A stretch of DNA of 64,000 nt from a virus: the IMG/VR virus record IMGVR_UViG_3300045988_107309. One strand, given 5' to 3'. This document shows positions 5,773 to 15,304 of the stretch, one piece after another. Under the pieces are notes generated by a model. It was not told where the DNA came from and ran no database searches. It was given only the letters and a program-made list of their open reading frames with translations. Position numbers and translations under genes: made by a program. Position 1 is the stretch's first letter, and each line of letters opens with the position of its first letter.

Positions 5773-5780
5773 GTGATAGA

Positions 5781-5819
5781 ATAGCTTGTGTGAGAAATCA
5801 TGCAAGCTATTTTAATTTT
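5781..5819 (+). terminator. rho-independent terminator
   Basis: ATAGCTTG(5781-5788)/CAAGCTAT(5803-5810), then TTTAATTTT. Confidence 0.6.
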
Positions 5820-5835
5820 AGGAGGTAATAATGAA

Positions 5836-6477
5836 ATGAAAAAGGAACGTGTCTATCAAGGTGTTATCCTTTTCATGCTTGTGGCTTTTGTAGCAGTGTT
5901 TGTGATTTCTAATCATCAGTTTATGGATTTGGTAGAAGTCAATGACGAACTTACTGCATTAGTAGACAAGCAGAGAAGTGATAATGAGGAGATAGTTAGT
6001 AAGTGGAAGAGTAGTTATGAAGACCTACAATCTGATTATGGAGAGTTGTTAAAAGAAAATTCCGAATTAAAGGAAGTAGAGATTGCAGACTATTATTTCA
6101 CAGAAGCAGAGGTGTATCTCTTATCACAAGTTGTTGAAGCCGAAGCAGGTTATTATGAGGGGCATGAAAAGAGTCAACAATGGGTTTGTCAAGTTATTTT
6201 AAATAGACTACATAGCAGTAAATTTCCTAACACTGTTGAGGAAGTAATTTATCAGAAGAGTGGTAATGTTCCTCAGTTTAGTGTAGCCTATAATGGAATG
6301 ATTGATGATAGAGAAGTACAGCCGGAGACTTTAGCGAATGTGTATCACGTTATTTGTCATGGAACTGATTTGCCGGAATATGTGTTGTACTTCTACAGTG
6401 CCAGTGTTGAAGAAAACTGGGTGAACACTCTTAATACACATGAAGTTGTACAAGGAACAGTGTTTGCTTATGAATGA
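5836..6477 (+). CDS. membrane-anchored SleB-type cell wall hydrolase
   Basis: motif EAEAGYYEGHEKSQQWVCQVILNRLHSSKFPNTVEEVIYQ...QFS typical of the SleB/Hydrolase_2 family; N-terminal TM helix plus coiled coil. Start set to ATG 5836 (GGAGG 5821-5825) because 5800 lies inside the terminator hairpin. Confidence 0.7.
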   Translation: MKKERVYQGVILFMLVAFVAVFVISNHQFMDLVEVNDELTALVDKQRSDNEEIVSKWKSSYEDLQSDYGELLKENSELKEVEIADYYFTEAEVYLLSQVVEAEAGYYEGHEKSQQWVCQVILNRLHSSKFPNTVEEVIYQKSGNVPQFSVAYNGMIDDREVQPETLANVYHVICHGTDLPEYVLYFYSASVEENWVNTLNTHEVVQGTVFAYE

Positions 6478-6490
6478 AAGGAGATAAACA

Positions 6491-7066
6491 ATGAATGAGC
6501 CGAGTGTAAGAATTGGTTTGTACAGACACTTTAAAGGAGATTATTTTTATGTTACTGGTATCACAAAAGCCAGTGAGGACTACTCTTACAGAGTGACATA
6601 CTTTAATGTGTGCAGACCAGAGTTAGGTCAGTATTCAAGACCTATGTGGGATTTTCTTGCTGAAAATAGTGACTATGAGAAAGATGACGCAGGTGTTTTG
6701 TTTCCAGTAGGAGAGCCTATTAAAGACAGAGAGGATAACATCACAGGTCAGAGTTGTCGTTTTGAGCGTGTGAAAGACCTCAATTTCCAATTAGGAAGTG
6801 TGTCTACAGAGCAGTTGTTTAGGGAATTGCTTTCCAGAGAGGATAGTCCTATCAGAGACTTTGATTTAGAGGGTGCTGAAAGTACTGTTTTCTTGAGAGA
6901 CTATATATGTGGTGTTCCTGTACATGACGAAGTGCATGGAGACTATTTGCAGAACTGGGTACAGTTTGATGAAAGAGAAGAAGCGGTGAAGTATGCAAAG
7001 AGTAAGTCTCTGCCGGGAAGAGTAATGCAGGTATTTAAGAGAATATTACTGAAAGAATCTATGTAA
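6491..7066 (+). CDS. DUF1653-like domain protein
   Basis: N-terminal YRHFKGDYFYV...VTYFNV pattern resembling DUF1653; RBS AAGGAGA. Confidence 0.5.
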   Translation: MNEPSVRIGLYRHFKGDYFYVTGITKASEDYSYRVTYFNVCRPELGQYSRPMWDFLAENSDYEKDDAGVLFPVGEPIKDREDNITGQSCRFERVKDLNFQLGSVSTEQLFRELLSREDSPIRDFDLEGAESTVFLRDYICGVPVHDEVHGDYLQNWVQFDEREEAVKYAKSKSLPGRVMQVFKRILLKESM

Positions 7067-7070
7067 AAGT

Positions 7071-7116
7071 AAGAGAGGTTGAAGCAAGTGGTGTTTTGAC
7101 CTCTCTTCTGTTTTAT
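7071..7116 (+). terminator. rho-independent terminator
   Basis: AAGAGAGGT(7071-7079)/ACCTCTCTT(7099-7107), then CTGTTTTATCTT. Confidence 0.65.
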
Positions 7117-7164
7117 CTTATAATAAGAGTACAAGCTGATAGCCACTAAGAAAGGAGAATTACA

Positions 7165-8229
7165 ATGAGATTGATGAAGAAGCCACCACAGGTTGTGACA
7201 CCAGAGGTAGTTAATGAAGAAGACAACAGAGAGTTACTTGACTTGGGGGAAGTGTCCTTTAAGATGTTACTGGATAAGTCTTATAACATTCAGAGTTTGT
7301 GTGAGGACTTTACGATAGACAAGGTTACTGATGAAACTCTAAGATTGAATAACTTTGCAGGTATTACCTACATGACGAAAGAAGGAGAAATCAGAAATCT
7401 TTCCATTTCCAGACACGCTATGGGTCAGTTGTGTAGTAAAGTGGGTGTTCCACATGACTACATGAAGAAGTGCATTGGTTCTGGAAGAATTGAACTTGCA
7501 CAAGATAACTTGAACTCATGGCTGAGTGATTTTAAGAAAGACTTATTCATTCGTGAATATGATGGAAGAATTAGAGGTGTTCTCACTCCCAGATATTCAG
7601 TATGTGATACACCAAAAATTCTTGAAGCGGTGCAGGACGCTGTTGATTTAAACAAGTTTAAGATTAAGGGTTCATTCCTTAATGAAGAAAGACTTCACAT
7701 CAGACTTGTTGGTAAAGAAATGTTGCCGATTGATGGCGAAGATTTATTTGCCGGACTGTTTTTAGACAGTAGTGATGTTGGTAGAAATATCTTGACTGTG
7801 AAGTTTGGTATCTATAAGCAAGTGTGTACCAATGGACTTGTTATAGCAAGAGCAGGAGGAACATTGTTTGAGCAGAAACACGTTGGTATCACAGCAGAAG
7901 AGTTTCACAGTGGTCTCACTTCTTCCTTACAGAATATTGACCTGTTGATTGATAATGCTGTTGAGTGGGTGCAGAGAGCGAAACATAAAGAAAATCATTG
8001 GAGTGCCTTGAGTGAGTATGAGGACGATATTAACGAGTTTATCTCTTATATCAGACAGAAAACGAATCTTTCACAGAACAGTGCAGGTAAGGTCATTGAT
8101 TTGATGAAGACTAAGTACGAAGACAATCGTTGGGGTCTTATCAATAGTATCACAGAAGTTGCACAGGACTTCACTCTTGAGAGAAGACTCGAACTTGAGA
8201 AAATTGCCGGAGGACTTTTAGTTGCATAA
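7165..8229 (+). CDS. DUF932-like phage/plasmid protein
   Basis: about 350 aa with ISRHAMGQLCSKVGVPHDYMKKC-type N-terminal motif characteristic of DUF932/DUF945 proteins. Confidence 0.5.
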   Translation: MRLMKKPPQVVTPEVVNEEDNRELLDLGEVSFKMLLDKSYNIQSLCEDFTIDKVTDETLRLNNFAGITYMTKEGEIRNLSISRHAMGQLCSKVGVPHDYMKKCIGSGRIELAQDNLNSWLSDFKKDLFIREYDGRIRGVLTPRYSVCDTPKILEAVQDAVDLNKFKIKGSFLNEERLHIRLVGKEMLPIDGEDLFAGLFLDSSDVGRNILTVKFGIYKQVCTNGLVIARAGGTLFEQKHVGITAEEFHSGLTSSLQNIDLLIDNAVEWVQRAKHKENHWSALSEYEDDINEFISYIRQKTNLSQNSAGKVIDLMKTKYEDNRWGLINSITEVAQDFTLERRLELEKIAGGLLVA

Positions 8230-8231
8230 GT

Positions 8232-8260
8232 TTGACAGCAGAGAATACCTGTGTTATACT
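8232..8260 (+). promoter_or_regulatory. sigma70-type promoter
   Basis: TTGACA (8232-8237), 17 nt, TATACT (8255-8260). Confidence 0.55.
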
Positions 8261-8290
8261 CTTTCTTGCAAAGTAAGGAGGTTGTTTAAT

Positions 8291-8671
8291 ATGCTTAGTG
8301 AGGAAGAGTTACAACACAGGTTATTCACTGACCTGCAAAAGCTAAAACTGCCAGTGGAAGAATTTGATATTGTGATTAGACCTTACAGCAAATCGTTCTA
8401 TGGCAGATATTTTCCAGAGTATGAGGGTAAAATCGCAGAGGTGAGAATTTATCCTTATAAATATAAAAAGATGAAGATTATGTTTTCTTATTCAACGGTG
8501 CTTTATCATACAATACATGAGGTGTGTCACCACCTCCAATACACAAATCCTAACTATGTTCGGAGAAAGGGTGTTATGCACGACCCTCAATTTTATACTC
8601 TTTTAGAGAGATATACGAACCGAGCAGTAGATATGGGGTTATTATCTATGAAGGAGGTGATTGCAGTATGA
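8291..8671 (+). CDS. SprT-like zinc metallopeptidase
   Basis: ATG 8291 after AAGGAGG; HExxH motif TIHEVCHHLQY. Confidence 0.55.
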   Translation: MLSEEELQHRLFTDLQKLKLPVEEFDIVIRPYSKSFYGRYFPEYEGKIAEVRIYPYKYKKMKIMFSYSTVLYHTIHEVCHHLQYTNPNYVRRKGVMHDPQFYTLLERYTNRAVDMGLLSMKEVIAV

Positions 8672-8910
8672 AGTACTTCTTTAGGAGAGTAGAACTGTTT
8701 GTTGTTGACAAGTTTATACCTTTCTGGGTGAACTTGTTGAACACTATACGGAAGATTACTATGCTTGCTACATTTTTCTGCATGATTGCAGGTCTTGTGT
8801 GTGTAGTGTATTATCAATTCTTCTGTGAGGTCTATCTTCCAGTTAAGATTATGGTGAGTTGTGTTTTTGTGCTGACAATGATACACTTAAATCTGAAATT
8901 ACAAGATTGA
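8668..8910 (+). CDS. small membrane protein
   Basis: start overlaps upstream stop (ATGA); two hydrophobic helices. Confidence 0.4.
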   Translation: MKYFFRRVELFVVDKFIPFWVNLLNTIRKITMLATFFCMIAGLVCVVYYQFFCEVYLPVKIMVSCVFVLTMIHLNLKLQD

Positions 8911-8923
8911 GGAGGTGATACCA

Positions 8924-9220
8924 TTGAAGTCAAAAAGCAGTTTGGGAGTTCTTATTGATAGTCCTATGGAAGACTTTATCAAAGAAGTTTCTAATGAAAA
9001 TGTCGGTGTTCTGAATAACCTTATTTTAACACTGACAGGTACTTATGAAGAATTACAAGCAAGACACGAAGCAGTTTTAGGTTCTGACACTATCCCTTTT
9101 GATGAAAAGGGCGAAGCAGTGAAAGGACTGTTCTCTGAAATGCTAAAGATTGAGGAGAAAGTAACGTATTTAAAGAAACGTGTTGGAGACCTTAAACCAA
9201 AGGTGTTTGACACTCACTAA
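8924..9220 (+). CDS. hypothetical protein
   Basis: TTG 8924 lies 6 nt after GGAGGTG; the track start GTG 8915 lies inside the RBS. Confidence 0.4.
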   Translation: MKSKSSLGVLIDSPMEDFIKEVSNENVGVLNNLILTLTGTYEELQARHEAVLGSDTIPFDEKGEAVKGLFSEMLKIEEKVTYLKKRVGDLKPKVFDTH

Positions 9221-9303
9221 CACCAGTGATATACTGTGTTTACAGAGCAAGAGAAACGCTTAAAAATAAAACATATTAAAGAATTTATGGAGGTAAAAAT
9301 CAC

Positions 9304-10401
9304 ATGAAGAACGAGAGAATTATCGAAGGACTTAACGCAATTATTGAAGGTGCTACTATTCTGAGAGACGAACTTGCAGGTGGAGCAGAGAAGAGAAATG
9401 CAGTGGAGTCTAAGTCTGCAACACGCAGACAGGCAGTACAGAAAGAACAGCCTGCTATGAATGAGCCGGAAGAGACAGAAGCAACAGTTGAGGGTAAGTT
9501 CTCAAGAGAACAGCTTATGAGCATGAAGTTTAATGAACTCAAGAAACTGGGTGCAAGTGTTGGTGTTTCCTGCAAGGGTACAAGAGACGAGATTGTTGAG
9601 AGAATGTTACAGGTAACTGTTACTGCCACAGTTGAGAATGGCGAAGAGCCGGAAGAGACAGATGAAGCACCTGCAAAAGATGATGGCAAAGTTGTTTCCA
9701 TCAACAAGAAGAAAGGCGGTCTGAAAAAGTCTGCAAAGACCGAAGAGCCGGAGGAAGAGGAAGTAGACGAGCAGTACATTCAGATGGCTACAGACGCTAC
9801 CGAAGATATGTCTGCAAAGGAAATCATTGAGTACCTTGCAGAGTTTGACATTGAAGCGAAGGGCAAGAAGTCTGATGTTGTCAAAGTTTTAGCGAAAGCA
9901 ATCGCAGACGGTATTGTTCAGCTTGAAGATGATGAAGAGGAAGAGACAGCCGAAGAGGTTGAAGCAGAGACAGAGGACGCAGAAGATGGCGAAGCCTTTA
10001 ATGCTGAGTCTTACTTCCCAGAGTATGACCCGGAGGGAGTAAACAATCCCGACAATATGACTGAGGAAAGAGCAGAAGCAGTTAAGACCATGATGGAGGA
10101 AATCCTTGAGGGTGTTGAGAATGAATCTCTGACAGAAGAGGATATTCAGACCTTTGTTGAGACCTTTGCTTCTGAGGACGAAATTGAGTCTCTGGGTGAT
10201 GACTATGACTTTGAAGACTTGGTTGCTATGTACTGCGAAATCAGAAAGCGTTTCATTGATGACGAGGGAGAAGAGCATGACCCGGAAGACCCTTATGAGA
10301 TTGGTGATGATAACTTCTGCTGTGGACGCAAACTCAAGTATGAGAAGAAGTCCAAAAAGTTCATCTGTGAGATTTGCGGAGAAGAGTACGAAGCTGAATA
10401 A
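9304..10401 (+). CDS. highly acidic protein with SAP/Rho_N-like helix-extended-helix motifs and C-terminal zinc ribbon
   Basis: FSREQLMSMKFNELKKLGASVGVSCKGTRDEIVERML; long D/E-rich tracts; C-terminal CCGRK...CEICGEEY. Confidence 0.5.
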   Translation: MKNERIIEGLNAIIEGATILRDELAGGAEKRNAVESKSATRRQAVQKEQPAMNEPEETEATVEGKFSREQLMSMKFNELKKLGASVGVSCKGTRDEIVERMLQVTVTATVENGEEPEETDEAPAKDDGKVVSINKKKGGLKKSAKTEEPEEEEVDEQYIQMATDATEDMSAKEIIEYLAEFDIEAKGKKSDVVKVLAKAIADGIVQLEDDEEEETAEEVEAETEDAEDGEAFNAESYFPEYDPEGVNNPDNMTEERAEAVKTMMEEILEGVENESLTEEDIQTFVETFASEDEIESLGDDYDFEDLVAMYCEIRKRFIDDEGEEHDPEDPYEIGDDNFCCGRKLKYEKKSKKFICEICGEEYEAE

Positions 10402-10432
10402 GTTGAACCTTGCAGGTAGATGTGTTAAGATT

Positions 10433-10464
10433 AGGGAGCAGAGAAATCTGTTCCCTATTTTTAT
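10433..10464 (+). terminator. rho-independent terminator with GAAA tetraloop
   Basis: AGGGAGCAGA(10433-10442)-GAAA-TCTGTTCCCT(10447-10456), then ATTTTTAT. Confidence 0.75.
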
Positions 10465-10481
10465 ATAAAGGAGGTATCAAT

Positions 10482-11036
10482 ATGATAGCGTGTTTAAAAA
10501 AGGACTTGCTGAAACAAAATCTTAAAGTACAGAAAAACATTGAGTTGGATAGAGTGCTTGATGATTTAAAGTACTTTAACACCAGAGAAGAAGCCTATGC
10601 GGAAGAGTGTGTTCCTGTGTGCTTTGTTACAGCGGTACGAACTGCCTACACTAATTTAGTAGTAGAGCATGAAACAGAACATGGTAGCAGAAACTATGTG
10701 TCTTTGAATTTAGGTCAAGTCTTACCACATAAGGGATATGACCTTGTAACTTATATGTCCAGTCTTGCGGTAGCAAAGTTAGTAGACTGTACAAACCATG
10801 AGAGTCAGAGGTTGATGTTTAACTCACAGTTTATTCCGATTGGTTTGTATAACCCAGACCCCGGAGTATGTGACCCTGTTATTTATAGTTATGTTGTAGT
10901 AAATGACGATAAGGTAGAGACTCTCAGAGAGTTGTTATTGCCGGGGAATAGACTTGTGCCAATAGAAAGCATGAACACACAGGGAAACCTTAAAGAACTG
11001 TTAAATGAGTTGATTGTAGTAAAGGAGGAAAAGTAG
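10482..11036 (+). CDS. hypothetical protein
   Basis: ATG 10482 after AAGGAGG; the track N-terminus (10410) spans the terminator. Confidence 0.5.
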   Translation: MIACLKKDLLKQNLKVQKNIELDRVLDDLKYFNTREEAYAEECVPVCFVTAVRTAYTNLVVEHETEHGSRNYVSLNLGQVLPHKGYDLVTYMSSLAVAKLVDCTNHESQRLMFNSQFIPIGLYNPDPGVCDPVIYSYVVVNDDKVETLRELLLPGNRLVPIESMNTQGNLKELLNELIVVKEEK

Positions 11037-11037
11037 T

Positions 11038-11364
11038 ATGCCACACATTCCGGGAAAACACACAGTAGTTGACTGCACCTTTAGGGGTGGGAGAAAGCAG
11101 AGTGATATTTTAAAAGAAGCTGATATTCCAGAGGTAGAAGAGAAAGAGCCGAATCCTCCGGCTTCACTTACTTCTGAACAGTTGGAGAATTATTGTATTC
11201 AGCAGATTGCTTCTACAGGTAATCAGCAGAAGAGGAGAGTCTTTGCAAAGCTGATTCAGATTATTAAAGAGCATGGAGAAATGAAGACGGAACTCAGAGC
11301 CTATAAGTTAAGAGAGTTAAGAGACAGTGAGATTGAAGAAACCTCGGACGATATACAGGAGTGA
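11038..11364 (+). CDS. hypothetical protein
   Basis: tightly coupled ORF, RBS AGGAGGAAAAG. Confidence 0.5.
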   Translation: MPHIPGKHTVVDCTFRGGRKQSDILKEADIPEVEEKEPNPPASLTSEQLENYCIQQIASTGNQQKRRVFAKLIQIIKEHGEMKTELRAYKLRELRDSEIEETSDDIQE

Positions 11365-11365
11365 T

Positions 11366-11394
11366 TTTATAGTATCTTTGTTATGTGATATAAT
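11366..11394 (+). promoter_or_regulatory. possible promoter with extended -10
   Basis: TTTATA (11366-11371), 17 nt ending TGa, TATAAT (11389-11394). Confidence 0.4.
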
Positions 11395-11427
11395 AGAGAT
11401 ATAGAAAAAGAAAGTGAGGTATAGTCA

Positions 11428-12990
11428 ATGAAGCAGGAAATGTTTCCAACACTTCATAGAGGTTCTGACAATAGACTGTATGCAGTGAATGAAGACGGTG
11501 AGAGTGAAGAACTTCTCCCTATGTTCCCTTTAGAAATGTGGAACAGTCCAGAAGCATTTGAATTTGCAGGTGTCAGAGGTTATGAACCAATGACAGCAAA
11601 AGAACTTGAGACAGAGGAAGAGCAGGACGAACAGTTTTCTAATACAGAGAATATCATTGAAGAGAAATTTGACGGAACAAGAGGAATCAATCAGTACTTT
11701 AGTCAGCCAAGTGTTGACGGACCGGAAGTAGGTTATTCCAGAGTATTCAGCAGAAGAATAAGTAAGAAGAGTGGGTTCTATGCAGAGAATACAGACAGCG
11801 TTCCGCACATAAGGGATATTGATGTTCCCGAACTTGATGGTACTGTTCTTGATGGCGAAATGTTCATTAACAATCAGCCTTTTAAAGAAGTATCAAGCAC
11901 ATTGAATTGTCTGTGGGATAAAGCTGTAGACAGACAGCTTGAGAAAGGGTTTATCTCTCTCCATGCTTTTGATATTATCAAGTATAAAGGTATCGACCTT
12001 AGAAAAATGTCTTTGATAAAGAGAAAGCGGTATTTAAAGCAAGCAGTAGAAGAGACTGGCAGTAAGTATGTAGAGTTTGTTCCCTTTTATGTTTGTGGAG
12101 AGTATATCACTGACCCAGTAACAGGTGATAAAGTATATGCTCATGGTATGTTAATGAGTAGAATTACAGAGTTTGAGGAAGACCAATTCTTTGATGAACT
12201 TGAAGAGAAAAAAGAGGTGTACCCTAATCTGTATCAGTGCTTGCATAGTGAGCCGGGATATATGACTCCAAGAGGTTACTATGAGTTGATTGTAGCCACT
12301 GGTGGAGAGGGAGTTATTTTAAAATCCAAGAATGGTAAGTATTATCATAAAAGAGGTTGGGAGTACTCTAAAGTCAAGAAGTTCTTAACAAGAGAGTGTG
12401 TCATTATGGGATTCACAGAACCTACAGACCAGTATGAGGGTAAGTTCCCACATGACAGATGGAGTTATTGGATTGATAAAGAAGACAGAAGACAGAAGTT
12501 GGAGGTTATGAGTAACACCTCTGCAAAGAGCCTTTTAAGTCAAGGTCTTATCCCAGTAACCAGATTCCACTATTACAACATGATAGGTAACATTCGTTAT
12601 GGTGTTGTAATCACTCAAGAGGAAATTGAGAAACTTCCGAAGAGCAAGAAATTTAATATCCAGACTATGACACTTGAGGGAGAAGAGTGTCAAGTTGTAG
12701 AAGTAGGAGACTGTTCTGGTTTCAATGATGATATGAGAAACACTTTCTCATTCTCATGGATAAACAAGAAGACTGGTGAAGTAGTTAAGATTTTGCCGGG
12801 AGAAGAGTCTAATAACAAACACATAATTGAGAGCAAAGATTGGGAGAAATATACCTTTGAAGGTGAAGTAGTAGAGATTAAAGCAAATGAGTTGTTTAAG
12901 GACACAGGTAAAATGAGACACCCTCGTTTCTTTAGAATGAGACCAGACAAGTCTGCATTAGATTGTACATGGAGAGACCATGTTATTTAA
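11428..12990 (+). CDS. ATP-dependent DNA ligase
   Basis: nucleotidyltransferase motifs: I EEKFDGTRG, III LDGEMF, IV LHAFDI, V EGVILKSKNGKY, VI MRHPRFFRMRPDK. Confidence 0.85.
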   Translation: MKQEMFPTLHRGSDNRLYAVNEDGESEELLPMFPLEMWNSPEAFEFAGVRGYEPMTAKELETEEEQDEQFSNTENIIEEKFDGTRGINQYFSQPSVDGPEVGYSRVFSRRISKKSGFYAENTDSVPHIRDIDVPELDGTVLDGEMFINNQPFKEVSSTLNCLWDKAVDRQLEKGFISLHAFDIIKYKGIDLRKMSLIKRKRYLKQAVEETGSKYVEFVPFYVCGEYITDPVTGDKVYAHGMLMSRITEFEEDQFFDELEEKKEVYPNLYQCLHSEPGYMTPRGYYELIVATGGEGVILKSKNGKYYHKRGWEYSKVKKFLTRECVIMGFTEPTDQYEGKFPHDRWSYWIDKEDRRQKLEVMSNTSAKSLLSQGLIPVTRFHYYNMIGNIRYGVVITQEEIEKLPKSKKFNIQTMTLEGEECQVVEVGDCSGFNDDMRNTFSFSWINKKTGEVVKILPGEESNNKHIIESKDWEKYTFEGEVVEIKANELFKDTGKMRHPRFFRMRPDKSALDCTWRDHVI

Positions 12991-13004
12991 GCAGGAGGAG
13001 TGTA

Positions 13005-13478
13005 ATGAGTAAGAAAGACAGACCAAATAAATCAGCTTATGGATTTACTAAGAAGTGTCCTTATTGTGGAGCGAAAGTAGTTTTAAGGGATTCTCATTAT
13101 GTGTATCATAACAATAAGAATTACGGTAAGATGTGGGTGTGTAGTAACTTCCCTCAGTGTGATTCTTATGTAGGGTGTCACCCCGGAACAGATATTCCTC
13201 TGGGAAGATTAGCTGATAGTGTTTTAAGAAGAGAGAAACACAAAGCACATGACGCTTTTGATACTCTTTGGAAATCCGGTTTGATGACACGAAAAGAAGC
13301 CTATATCTGGCTGTCTGCTATGTTACATATTTCTCAAGAAGAGTGCCACATTGGTATGTTTGATGTTAAAACGTGCCGGAGAGTAGTTGAGATATGTAAG
13401 AAGCAGGACAATAAAGTGTTGAGTGAGTATAGAAGAAAGAACACCACACCACGATACACAAGAGGATATAAGAGATAA
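13005..13478 (+). CDS. zinc-ribbon protein (DUF3268-like)
   Basis: ATG 13005 after AGGAGGAG; CPYCGAKV...VCSNFPQCDSYVGCHPGT...PLGRLAD pattern. Confidence 0.5.
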   Translation: MSKKDRPNKSAYGFTKKCPYCGAKVVLRDSHYVYHNNKNYGKMWVCSNFPQCDSYVGCHPGTDIPLGRLADSVLRREKHKAHDAFDTLWKSGLMTRKEAYIWLSAMLHISQEECHIGMFDVKTCRRVVEICKKQDNKVLSEYRRKNTTPRYTRGYKR

Positions 13479-13515
13479 TATCCTTATGGACAACTGAAAA
13501 CAAATAAGCTATAAT

Positions 13516-13550
13516 GGGTAAAGATTGAAAAGTCTTTACCCTTTTATTTT
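13516..13550 (+). terminator. rho-independent terminator before the morphogenesis module
   Basis: GGGTAAAGA(13516-13524)/TCTTTACCC(13533-13541), then TTTTATTTTT. Confidence 0.8.
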
Positions 13551-13573
13551 TATATAGAGATTGAGGTGAGAAA

Positions 13574-15304
13574 GTGAATAGGATTGTAAAAATCGTGTTA
13601 TTTAATGTGAGACTGATTTTAGCATTTTTCACGGACTGGTTTTATGAGTTTTTTGTAGAGACAGTTCATGCAGGAAGAATAAGCACTACAGAGTTGGTAG
13701 ATAGAATCTATAACTTCTGTGAAGCATATTCTGGAAGGGTAATGTATAAATACCAAACTCAGTTTTCAAAACGTATCATAAGGTCAGTACTTGAAAATGA
13801 TGGTGCAGAGATTACCGCACTGTTCGCTCGTCAGAGTGGTAAGACAGAGACGATTGCTATTACTGTAGGTGGTCTTATGATTATTCTGCCACAGTTGGCG
13901 AATATGCCTATGTTTGCAGATGACCCAAGACTGTCTATGTTTAAAGATGGTTTCTGGGTAGGAATTTTTGCTCCAAGTCAGAGACAGGCACAGATTACTT
14001 ACCGAAGAATGAAGTCAAGAATCCAGTGTAAAGAGAGTATGGCTATTCTGGAAGACCCAGACTTTAGGTTAGAGTTTACAACTTCTAACGGTCAGACAGT
14101 AGCCTTGAGTAACGGTTCTTTTGTAACTGCTATTTCTGCCAGTGATGGTAGTAACATTGAGGGTGAGTCCTTTAAGTTCATTATTTGTGAAGAAGCACAG
14201 GATATTAGTAATTACAAAATCAGAAAATCTATTCACCCTATGGGTGCGGCTTACAATGCTACTATCTGTAAGATTGGTACAGCAACCACTTTTAAGGGTG
14301 ATTTTTATGAAGCAATACAGAGAAATAAAAAAGACTATGAGAATAAGCGTATCAAGGTTAGAAATCACTTTGAGTATAACTACAAGGTAGTACAGAAGTA
14401 CAATCCGAGATACGCTAAATATGTGGATAGAGAGAAACGAAGTCTGGGAGAAAATAGTGACGAGTTCCGTATGTCCTATAATCTTGAGTGGATAATCTCA
14501 AGAGGTATGTTTGTTGATATAGATGAATTTGAAACAAACTGTGGTGACAGTTTCCTTGACCGAGTAAGCAGAGACCTCCAAGCAAATCATGTTGGAGGTA
14601 TTGATGTTGGTGGAGGTAGTGACAAAAAGAGTAAAGACGCAGATAGTACTATCATCACTATAGTAGAAGTTGACTGGGAGAATCCTGTTTTAATGGAGTC
14701 TGCCTACAATGAAGAAACACAAGAAGAGGAAGTGTATTTAGCCTATAATTCATACATTAAAGACTGGTTAGAGATTAACCCAGAGATAGCAAAAGACTAT
14801 GAAGAACAGTATGCAATCATTATGGACTATCTGAAAAACTTCCGAATTGCTAAGTTAGTGGTAGACGCTACCAGAGAATCAAGTCTGGGGCAGAGAATTA
14901 GAGCCAATGTAAATTATGAGGTTGAGTTGTTTGTCTTTAGTACTAAGAGTAAGTCAGAACTTTATAAGAATCTGGATAAAGAGATAAACACTGGCAGAGC
15001 GAAATACCCTAACAGTAAAGAGACACAGAAGACAAAGGAACATCAGAAATTCATTCAGCAGATTACAGACTTGCAGAAAGGTTACAGTGGTAGTAATCTT
15101 GTAGTAAGCCACCCAGACGAAAGAGGGGCACATGATGATTACCCCGACTCATGGGCTTTAGCACTGTGGGGAGCAAGAGAGCCGGGTATAAAAGATGATA
15201 CTGAGACAAAAGACAGAAGCAAGTTATTTGGTAACAAGCCACTCACACAGTATGCTAAACAGCAGAGGGGCAGAAACAGATTTACAGGAAAAAGAAGGAG
15301 GTAA
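13574..15304 (+). CDS. terL: terminase large subunit
   Basis: GTG start after GAGGTGAG; Walker A FARQSGKTETIA; position directly upstream of portal; C-terminal nuclease-like acidic motifs. Confidence 0.8.
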   Translation: MNRIVKIVLFNVRLILAFFTDWFYEFFVETVHAGRISTTELVDRIYNFCEAYSGRVMYKYQTQFSKRIIRSVLENDGAEITALFARQSGKTETIAITVGGLMIILPQLANMPMFADDPRLSMFKDGFWVGIFAPSQRQAQITYRRMKSRIQCKESMAILEDPDFRLEFTTSNGQTVALSNGSFVTAISASDGSNIEGESFKFIICEEAQDISNYKIRKSIHPMGAAYNATICKIGTATTFKGDFYEAIQRNKKDYENKRIKVRNHFEYNYKVVQKYNPRYAKYVDREKRSLGENSDEFRMSYNLEWIISRGMFVDIDEFETNCGDSFLDRVSRDLQANHVGGIDVGGGSDKKSKDADSTIITIVEVDWENPVLMESAYNEETQEEEVYLAYNSYIKDWLEINPEIAKDYEEQYAIIMDYLKNFRIAKLVVDATRESSLGQRIRANVNYEVELFVFSTKSKSELYKNLDKEINTGRAKYPNSKETQKTKEHQKFIQQITDLQKGYSGSNLVVSHPDERGAHDDYPDSWALALWGAREPGIKDDTETKDRSKLFGNKPLTQYAKQQRGRNRFTGKRRR

